DNA from: a bacterium
GTDB taxonomy: Bacteria > Patescibacteriota > Minisyncoccia > Phycocordibacterales > Zambryskibacteraceae
Assembly: GCA_030650605.1 (NCBI GenBank)
Contig: JAUSDP010000100.1
Span: 16,383 to 80,382, forward strand
Length of the DNA stretch: 64,000 bases
Reading direction: 5' to 3'
Notes under the pieces: model-generated
What the model was told of the DNA's origin: nothing
Databases searched by the model: none
What the model saw: the letters and a program-made list of their open reading frames with translations, nothing else
Program-made: the position numbers and the translations under genes
In this document: one piece after another, positions 55,683 to 64,000 of the stretch
Layout of the letters: each line of letters begins with the position of its first letter
Numbering within the stretch: position 1 is the stretch's first letter

Positions 55683-57280
55683 TAGAAGTCGTTGTCCCAG
55701 GTTCGAAGAAATTTCTTCGGGATGACATCGTCTCGTTTCGATTCAGCTTTCAAAAGTCTTTTCATCGATGCCAAATTTTTGGATTTGAAGAAGACAAGTC
55801 TCGATAGTATAAATTCTCTGAACTCGATTTTAAACTTGACGGCATCAGAGATTGATCCCAGAACTTCAGGATCCAGTTCCTCTTCAAAATCTGCATTTTC
55901 AAAATCTTCATATCTCCAGTAGTCATATATTTGGAACCTAAAATTTCCTTCAATATCTTTGGTATTTTCGGTTACTTCAGAATCAAAGGAGTTGACCAGG
56001 CGATCGAACTCGGTGAATTTTTCGCGAAGCTTGTCCGCAATCGTTGCAACGATTTCTGGATCATTGTTATCACAGTGTTTTGAAAGCGATTTGCATTTGT
56101 TTAAGATAGCGATTAACTGGGGTTCAAGAGATTCAATTGATCCACGAATGACGGGCGAAATACCCTCGTTTACATCTATAACAAAGTAAGGGTCGAACTC
56201 CTGGTTCTCCCCCAAATATGGGCTCAGTTCATGAGCTGCTTTGGATCGTAGAACATCGGCCTCGGTATAGCCAATACCAAATAAATTCATTGCTGCCGCA
56301 CTCTCGAGAGTGAGTGGATGAGTGTACCGACCGCGTGGATTACAGCATACTCTGATACCCTGTTCGATGTAATCCAAGCTGTCATGCAGGTGCGCACAGA
56401 GCCATGCTGTCACCATTTTTTTATGGCTTTGCTTATGCTTAGCATTAAATGAAAACGGAAAATTATTAAGATCCAGATTGCTTGCATATGCTGCGACTTT
56501 GTACATGTTATTTTCGGCCGGGCGCTTCCAGTGTGCTTCGAAGTGTTTGCTTTCGATAATTGTTTTTTCGCTTACTTCACCAGACAGCAATAAAGACTTC
56601 CAGAACGGATGATGGTGCGTGACGATTACATTTTTGATTCCGGGTTGAATTTTTACAGGGTCCCCCCATGCGTCAGTATGAATAAATTTTCGTAAAAATT
56701 TCATGGATCGACGATGGAGTACAAGCCCTACAATTGGGTTCCATCCTTTTGATTCAACAATTTGATAGCGAATCTCTTGTTGTCGAGTTAAATCGATGCG
56801 GGCATGCTCAAAATATTTTTTGAGTAATCGATCGAACTCGGCAAGCAAATCTTCATCTTCGAAGAATTCCCCGCAATGGATACAGGAATCATTCATGAAT
56901 TTTGCTTCGTCGACCAAACCGCTATTTATGGACGCTCCAGTGCTACCCAAATTCGTCCACAAGGTGCATCCTATAAATCTTACATCCCCAATAACGACTG
57001 ATTCGTTTTCTAAAAAATGTACGTTTGATCCCTCTGCAGATTTTTTGATGTCTCGGGCTATCTGGAACATGTCTACTGGGTTGTCACGAGTACTCCAAAA
57101 TTCATGATTTCCAGCGGTATATATGATTGGGACATCTGTTTTGAGCGTCTTCAACCACTCGACGCCTTTCGTGCCATTTGAGATATCACCCGCTGCGACG
57201 ATAACATCGCAATCTAAATCTGTTGGGATTTCATACGGGCCAGATTCTAAATGGAGGTCGCTAAGTAAGTGGATTCTCAT
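55682..57280 (-). CDS. Calcineurin-like metallophosphoesterase with about 250-aa C-terminal extension (paralog 4 of 4)
   Basis: The ATG at 57280 gives MRIHLLSDLHLE at the N-terminus, followed by AAGDISNG, TAGNHEFWS, VIVTHHHP and CAHLHDS. The longer upstream ORF start is less likely. The stop abuts the next MPP gene. Confidence 0.6.
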   Translation of the reverse strand: MRIHLLSDLHLESGPYEIPTDLDCDVIVAAGDISNGTKGVEWLKTLKTDVPIIYTAGNHEFWSTRDNPVDMFQIARDIKKSAEGSNVHFLENESVVIGDVRFIGCTLWTNLGSTGASINSGLVDEAKFMNDSCIHCGEFFEDEDLLAEFDRLLKKYFEHARIDLTRQQEIRYQIVESKGWNPIVGLVLHRRSMKFLRKFIHTDAWGDPVKIQPGIKNVIVTHHHPFWKSLLLSGEVSEKTIIESKHFEAHWKRPAENNMYKVAAYASNLDLNNFPFSFNAKHKQSHKKMVTAWLCAHLHDSLDYIEQGIRVCCNPRGRYTHPLTLESAAAMNLFGIGYTEADVLRSKAAHELSPYLGENQEFDPYFVIDVNEGISPVIRGSIESLEPQLIAILNKCKSLSKHCDNNDPEIVATIADKLREKFTEFDRLVNSFDSEVTENTKDIEGNFRFQIYDYWRYEDFENADFEEELDPEVLGSISDAVKFKIEFREFILSRLVFFKSKNLASMKRLLKAESKRDDVIPKKFLRTWDNDF

Positions 57281-57857
57281 GATCAATATCGATAATTCTG
57301 GAAGCAATTTTAAGTGGAATTTCAACTTATCATAGATTTCATCGGGAATTATCGATTCTAGTGTTGGAGATATCTGCAACACTATTTGAACGAAGATTTC
57401 GTTGGATTATTTAAATGGATTTAGCTTCAAGGAGGACTTGATCTCGAAATTTTTGAGGTAGATCGGCTGGCGTCTTGATGTCGACAGGAACACCTAAAAT
57501 CTCTTCGAGCTCTTCCATAGCGGCCCAGTCGCTGAGAATTGTTGGTCAGATGGCCCCATTGGAAAGGGGTGGAGCACTCCGTCAAAGTCCAAAAAAAATA
57601 ATCATGTAATTCTTAACGTTCTATCTGCTGAATCTGAAGATGCTGCTCATGCCAACCTTTCAATCTCAATCACGATTGGATTCTTCATGTGGAAACGGCC
57701 CACCAAAGCGGGCCGTCTGTATATCGATTGTCTCCAGGGGGAGGCTTTCACCCACGAAACCCAGAGCTAACGAATGAATAATACAATGAAACATTGTCTT
57801 TTGTTTTTCTATTTGTGCAGCAAGCCTCTGCACAAATTAGCAGATGGTGTGACAACT

Positions 57858-59084
57858 CTATTTCAGATGACCCAACAACGCATTTGCAAGCACGGAATTA
57901 AGGCTCCATTTGCGCTCATGCTCGCTAAGTATTGTATGCGGCGCCAGGGCGTGAATGATCTCTTCAATACGTCCCTTTGAAACGCGTATTTTGGCGCCGG
58001 CAACAACGATCTCAACACTATCATCGATCGCTATTTGAGGCTTGAGCGGAACCGGAGCAGATGCGATCGTATTTGTTTTGGCACTGAGTAAAAATTCAGT
58101 CGGATCCGGGGCTACAAATTTTCCAACACGATTTTTGAATGGACTCAGAGATTCGAATGCCTTTCCGCGATCAAAATTTGGATCTCTAATGCTCTCTGTC
58201 AGATGTCTAATATCTGAGTTCGCCGTCGTTGCAGATGGAGCCTGAATTAAACGTGACGTCACGGAATTTGATAACGGACTATCAGCAATGCTTTTGCTTG
58301 TATCCCGATCGTGTTTCAGCTTGTTTAGTGTGCCCAGCTCCATCGAGCGTGATGCCAAAATCTTTTGAGCACTAAGATCGTCGGCATAGGATACATAGAG
58401 CTTTATTTTTTTGAGATCTGTTTCTGTGTACCTGGTGCCAGTTAAATTGAATTCATCCAAAAGAATATTTTTGTGCGCGTCACTTAGGCTCCGAAATTGG
58501 GAGAGCACGTGTGGGCTGTTTCCGCAGGCCGCTAAAAATGCCCGATTTTTTGGATCGCTCAGCATCAGTATTTTCGAAATCGTTGCCTCTGATTTCCCGC
58601 TCAGTTTGGCGATTTCTTTACGGTCCACATTGGCATCAGATAGCTTTTGAATGGTGTCCGCGACGTCTGAGTCAGCTAGATCCTTCCGATGAATGTTCTC
58701 GACTAACTGGGCGATCTGTCTTTCAGTCTTGTCGTCACAAAGCTTCTTTGAAGCTATCACTGCAGGAATTGTTTTGAGTCCAGCAAGGCCGGAAGCGGTG
58801 AATCGACGTTCCCCGAAAACTATCATCCATTTAATTATTGGGCTCGATGGATCTGTGAAAGGCCTCACGGTAATTGCCTGGAGAACCCCGTTTGAGCGGA
58901 TTGAATCCACCATTTCTGAAAGCGGGTCCTTGTCGTCGGACCCATACTTTAGGCTCGCTGTCCTGAGTTTAGTTTCAGTCTCAACATCCGAATGGGGGCG
59001 CGGGTTCTCTGGGTCTACTATGATTTCCCCAAGCGGGATTTCGAGAACCGTTTTTTGATCTTCTTGCTTCATTTTTCGTTCCAT
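57858..59084 (-). CDS. ParB/KorB-like protein (second ParB-family gene), 408 aa
   Basis: ParB N-domain GVLQAITVRP ... IVFGERRFTASGLAGLKTIPAVI and VENIHRKDL. The C-terminal half is unrelated to the parB at 38379. Confidence 0.55.
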   Translation of the reverse strand: MERKMKQEDQKTVLEIPLGEIIVDPENPRPHSDVETETKLRTASLKYGSDDKDPLSEMVDSIRSNGVLQAITVRPFTDPSSPIIKWMIVFGERRFTASGLAGLKTIPAVIASKKLCDDKTERQIAQLVENIHRKDLADSDVADTIQKLSDANVDRKEIAKLSGKSEATISKILMLSDPKNRAFLAACGNSPHVLSQFRSLSDAHKNILLDEFNLTGTRYTETDLKKIKLYVSYADDLSAQKILASRSMELGTLNKLKHDRDTSKSIADSPLSNSVTSRLIQAPSATTANSDIRHLTESIRDPNFDRGKAFESLSPFKNRVGKFVAPDPTEFLLSAKTNTIASAPVPLKPQIAIDDSVEIVVAGAKIRVSKGRIEEIIHALAPHTILSEHERKWSLNSVLANALLGHLK

Positions 59085-59094
59085 TTTTATTGTT

Positions 59095-59559
59095 TTAACG
59101 ATTACCTTGTGGAGGGAACTTCTCCGTGACTAACCAGAGGATGAAGTTGTAAGCAAGCGCCCTGCCAGACATCTCTCCAAAATGGAACAGCTTAAGTTCG
59201 GGATAATCAGGGTCATCGCTGCTTATGCACATTGCAGCCGCATTCAAATTGTCTTTAATTTGCTGTGCTGTGACGATTTCACCAGAAGGAAGGGTCACAT
59301 CCTCAAGATAGATAGTGAACTGTTTGTATGGATTTTCAGGATCCTTGGACGGTGTCCCAGGTTGAATTAAATACTGCTTATTCAACGGCCTACTTGGGTC
59401 TTTTTTATAAGCCTTTTTTGATAGGTATTCGCACAAGAGAACGGAGAAGAAAGTTGTTGATTTCTGTCCATATGGCAGTGACTGTGAAGACCAGACTTCT
59501 TTAAGATATCTAACGATCGAAGGCTCGCATCCAGTAGCTATGATTGTATGTTTCCGCAT
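59095..59559 (-). CDS. Hypothetical protein, 154 aa, downstream of the second rep gene
   Basis: ORF only. Confidence 0.3.
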   Translation of the reverse strand: MRKHTIIATGCEPSIVRYLKEVWSSQSLPYGQKSTTFFSVLLCEYLSKKAYKKDPSRPLNKQYLIQPGTPSKDPENPYKQFTIYLEDVTLPSGEIVTAQQIKDNLNAAAMCISSDDPDYPELKLFHFGEMSGRALAYNFILWLVTEKFPPQGNR

Positions 59560-59660
59560 TTTTTGAATTCTAATTTTAGTGTGTGGAGATAGTTGTGTAC
59601 CTTAAACACTATTATATTAGATTTTAATAAATTATTAAGTTTTCATAGCATCTATTTTTT

Positions 59661-60680
59661 TTAAAACTCTTCACATAATTTTGTGAGTTTTTGAGCCGGT
59701 TTTAAGATCTCTTTAGTGATTTTTTTTGCACCAAACTGGTGTTTTCTGAATACAAAGCGGATGGCAACCACCTCGCGTTTTGAATTCCGTTCTGTTTCGT
59801 ATTCCAAGCCGAGATTGAGGCCTTCAGGTTTGTTGAGTTCTTTAACAGCGGCGTTGATTGTGCGCTGATTAAATTGTTTGAATGAATTCATGTCAGATGT
59901 AGAAGCATCTAAAACTGAATGCAATTGTTCTAATGTCAGCCTAAATTTTCCGAATGAATTGTTCATGGCACACACTTCCATGAGTCTCCAGGAGCCAACC
60001 TTTTTAAGGGTGCCGGCCGCTCCGATTTGATACCTGGTGAAGCCGCCCTTTTCGCGCATGTTCCTTAGCATAGGAGTTGTGAACTTAGTGAAGCGCATCG
60101 CGACCATGCCAGATCCGGGTTCGTAGTTTGAATCTGTCTCGTCAATCCATCTGCGTCTTTTGGTCTCAATTTGAATTTGGGCATCAAACAGGCCGTTGAC
60201 ACCAATTTTAAGCTGTCTGTATGCCTCTGCTTTGTCTATGTTAAATAGAGCTGCATACTCATCAGCTGAGATCGTTACGAGCGGTTCCGCGTCTGTTGTC
60301 GGGTAAAGTTTTGAGATGCCAAGGAAAAGAACTCGTTTCTCCACAAGTGAGAGCATTTGGGCTTCGAAAACCAGTGCATTTGCCATGTTCACATTGTTTT
60401 TTGCAATGGCAGTTTCGAATCCAGCAAGTTTTTCTTGTTGCCGTACTTGCTGCAATCTCTTGCTAATTGTGACCGCTGCATTCGCCAGTTTGTTTATTTT
60501 TGCTTGCTCGACGTCTTGTTGCCTGGCTGCTGCCCTTAAGGTTTCTGACTCAAAGTTGATTGTTAACTGCGCTTTTTCAGCTATCTGCTTGAGCTCATAA
60601 ATGGCATGAATTCCCGCATCAATTTTTGTTTGAATTCCAGACTTTGACTTGGGACTTTTACTTGTTATGTCGGATTGCAT
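59661..60680 (-). CDS. Second Rep_3-like iteron-binding replication initiator, 339 aa
   Basis: LSLVEKRVLFLGISKLYP matches the Rep_3 winged-helix segment. The second WH-like segment is TLEQLHSVLD ... INAAVKELNK. Four 22-bp iterons lie immediately upstream. Confidence 0.6.
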   Translation of the reverse strand: MQSDITSKSPKSKSGIQTKIDAGIHAIYELKQIAEKAQLTINFESETLRAAARQQDVEQAKINKLANAAVTISKRLQQVRQQEKLAGFETAIAKNNVNMANALVFEAQMLSLVEKRVLFLGISKLYPTTDAEPLVTISADEYAALFNIDKAEAYRQLKIGVNGLFDAQIQIETKRRRWIDETDSNYEPGSGMVAMRFTKFTTPMLRNMREKGGFTRYQIGAAGTLKKVGSWRLMEVCAMNNSFGKFRLTLEQLHSVLDASTSDMNSFKQFNQRTINAAVKELNKPEGLNLGLEYETERNSKREVVAIRFVFRKHQFGAKKITKEILKPAQKLTKLCEEF

Positions 60681-60761
60681 GATTGCTCCGTTTGTAAAAT
60701 AAATAATGTATATGTAGTATATACGAATTGTAGAATTTGTGCATAAACTTACCTAAAAACA

Positions 60762-60849
60762 ACGAGGGAAAGTGCTACTTTTGACGAGGAAAAGTGCTAC
60801 TTAAGGAGAGGAATGTTGCTACTTTGGGCGAGGATAATTGCTACCTATC
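60762..60849. repeat. Four contiguous 22-bp direct iterons (aCGAGGaaAgTGCTACtt) upstream of the second rep gene
   Basis: acgagggaaagtgctacttttg / acgaggaaaagtgctacttaag / gagaggaatgttgctactttgg / gcgaggataattgctacctatc, in head-to-tail order. Confidence 0.7.
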
Positions 60850-61323
60850 TGTCCGGAGCGTCAATATTTATGCGGCTCTACAAAATCGTAAATAAGTAAA
60901 TATTTAAATCTATCAATTCCTTATTCTGATTTCTTTAACTGCAACGTCAAAAACAAAAAAATAAATCATATTTCGGATCCGAAAAGCAAAAGACAAAGCA
61001 AATGCAAAATTTATCTAACTGGAAAGGAATGTTGACTTTTTCATTGCAAACATATCGGCCTATTAACGATTAAATTTCCTGTTCTTTTCCAGTTGAATAT
61101 TTTATGTCTGAGCGAATGCGAGTCGCCCCCAAAAAATAAGACTTTTGAATTCATATAATTGTTTGAAATATTGATCCACTTGAAAAGTTTAAGGATTTGG
61201 AATATGTGTAAAAATTACTACACATAAACTATTTTTAATTTTTTTATGCAATTTACGATTTGTTGGTATATGCTATAAATAATAAATACAAGACATTTAA
61301 AGAGCATTAACAACGGACATTAT

Positions 61324-61824
61324 ATGAAACTAAATTTCGCATTATTCGCCCTTGCAACATCTATATTCAGCTCATCTTTTGCTGCTAATACAAATGAAAG
61401 CAAGATTCAAAAACCAACTTACTTATCAAATAGTAATGTTGAAGCCGATCTGAATTCTTTCAAAATTCCTAATACTGGCATCGCCAATCAGACCTATTTG
61501 ATAGACATCAAAAATTTGAATTTTTCAGATTTCGTCATTGCAAATTTGTTGGACACGGTATTAGCACAACGACAAACGGAAATTGATCTGGTTGCTGATT
61601 TGGAATTTGTGGCATCGGTGAATACCGATCCGAACGTTCTCAAAAAGATTAGTAAGCGTCTCAAAATCATAAAAGAGGCTCAACTAAATAATTGCAATGC
61701 GTATGGGTCCATTTTCTTTTATTACAAAGCGATTCCTGAGAACACAAAATTGAGGGCACAAACAGAAATTTTGAGCACGGAGGTAAGCAACCACTGCAAT
61801 TTATTAGCTAGATCTCTGAAGTAA
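61324..61824 (+). CDS. Secreted hypothetical protein, 166 aa
   Basis: Signal peptide MKLNFALFALATSIFSSSFAANT. Confidence 0.4.
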   Translation: MKLNFALFALATSIFSSSFAANTNESKIQKPTYLSNSNVEADLNSFKIPNTGIANQTYLIDIKNLNFSDFVIANLLDTVLAQRQTEIDLVADLEFVASVNTDPNVLKKISKRLKIIKEAQLNNCNAYGSIFFYYKAIPENTKLRAQTEILSTEVSNHCNLLARSLK

Positions 61825-61866
61825 ATATTTAACTCCCATTTTTTAACTTAAGAAAGCAGGAAAATC

Positions 61867-62367
61867 ATGAAATTTAAAATCTTATCGGTAGCAATAACAA
61901 CATTAATCTCAACTGCTGCTTTTGCTGGCAACTACAACAATGGAGATCGCGCCCACGTCTACAACGCATTCGTGCAAGACGTCCAGATCAACTATCGCAA
62001 TGTCAACAGAACACAGCGTGTGTGTGACAACAATGTCACCCAACAGCGCCAGGGCTCGAACTCAAGCCCACTGGGATTGATCATTGGCGGCGTTGCCGGC
62101 GGATTACTCGGCAATCAAGTGGGCGGCGGCAACGGTCGCGTAGCAGCAACAGCAGTTGGTGCCGTGGTCGGTTCTGCAGTAGGAAACAATATGCAAAATC
62201 AGAACCAAAATAATGTCGGCTCCGAAATAAACAATAACGGATCCTGCCGCGATGTCACCGTACAAGATAGGGTCCCGACTTCGAGACAAGTTGTCCTCAT
62301 CATCAATTTGGAAGGAGATGAACAAGCGCCACAGATTGGTGCCAATTTTGTGGCCCAACGCCAATAA
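61867..62367 (+). CDS. Glycine-zipper (2TM-type) outer-membrane/surface protein, 166 aa
   Basis: Signal peptide followed by GLIIGGVAGGLLGNQVGGGNGRVAATAVGAVVGSAVGN (Gly-zipper). Confidence 0.5.
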   Translation: MKFKILSVAITTLISTAAFAGNYNNGDRAHVYNAFVQDVQINYRNVNRTQRVCDNNVTQQRQGSNSSPLGLIIGGVAGGLLGNQVGGGNGRVAATAVGAVVGSAVGNNMQNQNQNNVGSEINNNGSCRDVTVQDRVPTSRQVVLIINLEGDEQAPQIGANFVAQRQ

Positions 62368-62437
62368 CGAATTCAAACTTTTAACGCAATCTACTATATT
62401 TAGTAGCTACTATTTTCACTCCATTTAGGAATTCAAA

Positions 62438-63298
62438 ATGAAACATAAATTCAACAAAATCGCTATTGCTCTCTCTTTAGTATTTTCTGCTTCCACTGCA
62501 TTTTCTCAGCAAATTATCATTGGAAACGGAGTATCAAATCCTGCTGCGGATCCATCAACAATCGCCATTGGTGACTCAACTACCACAGCGACTGCGGGTG
62601 AGACCGGCCTTGGTCCCGCTGGTGGCGCAATTGCAATCGGAAATTCGCCAACCGGTAATCCAACGACGGCAATCAATGGTGGAGTAGCAATAGGTTATGG
62701 CGCGAAAGCCATCGGCTTTCTAAATTCAACTGCCGTGGGTCCAGCTGCAACGGCATCAGGCATTAGTTCCTCAGCTTTTGGTCAGAAATCTGAGGCCTCC
62801 GGAACCAACTCAGTTGCGATCGGTGTCTTTGCTAAATCGGCAAATTTTGGCAGCGTAGCCATCGGTTCCTTAAGCCAAACTACTCGCGATTTCGAGGTTA
62901 ACATTGGTTCCAGGCTGCTCGGTGGTGTCAACGACGGCGTATTGCAGACAGACGCGGTTAATGTCCGCCAAATGGAGGTGACAGCAGCAAAAACTCTGGC
63001 AGCGGCAAATGAATATACAGATGCCTCAGCTTATCGATTAAACTCTCGAATAGATACCGTTAGCAAAGAATCTCAGCGCGGTATCGCTGCTGCAATTGCC
63101 ATGTCCGCTGCCATACCAAGTTTGGCACCCGGCGAACGAGCTATTGCTGCCGGTGTTGCAAACTATGGCTCTCAGAGCGGATTAAGCGTCGTCGCTGCTT
63201 ACAATACACGCTCTGATATTTTGATTAGTGGTGGCGTTTCCTCTTCTATATCAGGAGGTCCGACGGCACTGAAAGCAAGCGCAGCGTTCAAGTTTTAA
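62438..63298 (+). CDS. Small YadA-like trimeric autotransporter adhesin, 286 aa
   Basis: Signal peptide. Repeated head motifs (AIAIGNS, GVAIGYGA, SVAIGVFA, SVAIGSLS). Neck-like DAVNVRQM. C-terminal anchor GIAAAIAMSAAIPSLAPGERAIAAGVANYGSQSGLSVVAAYN ... AAFKF. Confidence 0.6.
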   Translation: MKHKFNKIAIALSLVFSASTAFSQQIIIGNGVSNPAADPSTIAIGDSTTTATAGETGLGPAGGAIAIGNSPTGNPTTAINGGVAIGYGAKAIGFLNSTAVGPAATASGISSSAFGQKSEASGTNSVAIGVFAKSANFGSVAIGSLSQTTRDFEVNIGSRLLGGVNDGVLQTDAVNVRQMEVTAAKTLAAANEYTDASAYRLNSRIDTVSKESQRGIAAAIAMSAAIPSLAPGERAIAAGVANYGSQSGLSVVAAYNTRSDILISGGVSSSISGGPTALKASAAFKF

Positions 63299-63322
63299 GC
63301 ATTCAAGATTTCATATATAAAA

Positions 63323-63356
63323 GGGGAGGCATCACAAGATGCTTCCCCTTTTTTAA
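63323..63356. terminator. Bidirectional rho-independent terminator
   Basis: ggggaggcatc acaa gatgcttcccc followed by ttttttaatt, between convergent genes. Confidence 0.55.
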
Positions 63357-63367
63357 TTGCCTGCAAA

Positions 63368-63664
63368 TTATGGTTTAGGTTTTGAAGATGCATCACCAAC
63401 CCTAAATTTATCTCTACGATCCCCCATCAGAGCCCGCAATTCTTTAATACTCAAATCACTAATCTCGTGCATACGAATGAGTAGTGAGGCCCCAACAGGC
63501 AAACGACGGTGCCGAATTTTACTGATCACTGGCGGAGCTACTTCGAGAGCCCTCGACAAGGCGGCGTCATTTTTCAAGTGCAATTTTTTGACTAGTGTGT
63601 CCAACAAATTGTTGGGGTCATAATCGACGTGCTCTGAAATATCGATGTCTAATAAATTTGCCAT
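63368..63664 (-). CDS. Hypothetical protein, 98 aa
   Basis: ORF only. Confidence 0.3.
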   Translation of the reverse strand: MANLLDIDISEHVDYDPNNLLDTLVKKLHLKNDAALSRALEVAPPVISKIRHRRLPVGASLLIRMHEISDLSIKELRALMGDRRDKFRVGDASSKPKP

Positions 63665-63676
63665 TCAGTTCTCCTT

Positions 63677-64000
63677 CTATTGAATAATTTGTTTTCGTTT
63701 GTTTTTCTTGTCTTGGCGCCAATCCCACGGTGCCTGCGGATTGTCGTCTGCCCATAGTCCTAATTTGGCATCGCGGGCCTCATCTTGATCTGCATATAAG
63801 CTATTGTCGGATACGTACTTATCGTAGACCCATGCCATTCCGCGGCGTATTTGTTCTGCATTCGCATCGATTTCATCGCAGTAAATGCGTCCAAGTAATC
63901 GGCCGTATTTATCACTTTTCTTGGTAACGACAAGGGCGTCTTTCTGGAAGCATAGCTCAGATAGCGATTGCTTCGATTTTTGCCCGAATGCTTGCGATTT
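63677..64000 (-). CDS. Staphylococcal-nuclease (thermonuclease/SNase)-like protein, C-terminal part only (5' end lies beyond the window)
   Basis: Minus-strand translation ends ...DKYGRLLGRIYCDEIDANAEQIRRGMAWVYDKY ... LGLWAD ... KQIIQ, which matches the SNase DKYGR ... and LW motifs. The frame is open to the window edge. Confidence 0.5.
   Translation of the reverse strand, partial: KSQAFGQKSKQSLSELCFQKDALVVTKKSDKYGRLLGRIYCDEIDANAEQIRRGMAWVYDKYVSDNSLYADQDEARDAKLGLWADDNPQAPWDWRQDKKNKRKQIIQ

Overview
A 64-kb, roughly 40% GC window from a mosaic, multi-replicon mobilizable plasmid or integrated plasmid-like element, probably from a low-GC Gammaproteobacterium. The iteron style (4 x 22 bp, Rep_3 initiator) is reminiscent of Acinetobacter/Moraxellaceae plasmids, but no search could be run to confirm this. 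All calls below come from reading the six-frame translations and the DNA directly; no database search was run.

The plasmid backbone has six parts:
- A Rep_3-type replication initiator (40886..42094, +) with about five upstream iterons and an inverted-repeat operator.
- A second Rep_3-type initiator (59661..60680, -) with four contiguous 22-bp iterons.
- A type Ia parA/parB partition operon (38379..40441, -), followed by a composite array of 17-bp palindromes plus inverted iteron-like repeats.
- A second ParB/KorB-like protein (57858..59084, -).
- A large tyrosine recombinase (35500..37569, +).
- A MOBF TrwC/TraI-type relaxase-helicase (11881..15603, -) with an RHH accessory gene and a candidate oriT (nested palindromes plus a helically phased GGTGTYA array). 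No coupling protein or mating-pair genes are visible in this window.

The accessory cargo is dominated by defence, toxin-antitoxin and surface-protein genes:
- A Detocs-like three-gene two-component defence locus (histidine-kinase-like sensor, receiver-only protein, receiver plus purine-nucleoside-phosphorylase effector; 4020..8580, +).
- Two paralogous small HAD-like hydrolase genes that flank the Detocs locus in inverted orientation. One of them is translationally coupled to a HipA-like kinase.
- The most novel-looking locus: a tightly coupled minus-strand operon (27645..33734) encoding a 926-aa gamma-class N6-adenine methyltransferase, an SF2 DEAD/DEAH helicase, and a T5orf172/GIY-YIG-like protein. 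This is a candidate undescribed restriction/BREX-like system with a 36-bp perfect palindrome upstream.
- A 681-aa orphan protein with a PD-(D/E)XK-like motif.
- An unusual cluster of four calcineurin-like metallophosphoesterase paralogs. Two of them sit in a four-gene operon with a DEDDh 3'-5' exonuclease.
- Several TA-like pairs: a DUF4258-like toxin with an HTH antitoxin, and an orphan DUF2384 ParS-like antitoxin next to a repeat-rich remnant.
- Surface genes: a secreted S1 protease, a glycine-zipper protein, and a small YadA-like trimeric autotransporter.
- A truncated staphylococcal-nuclease-like gene at the window edge.
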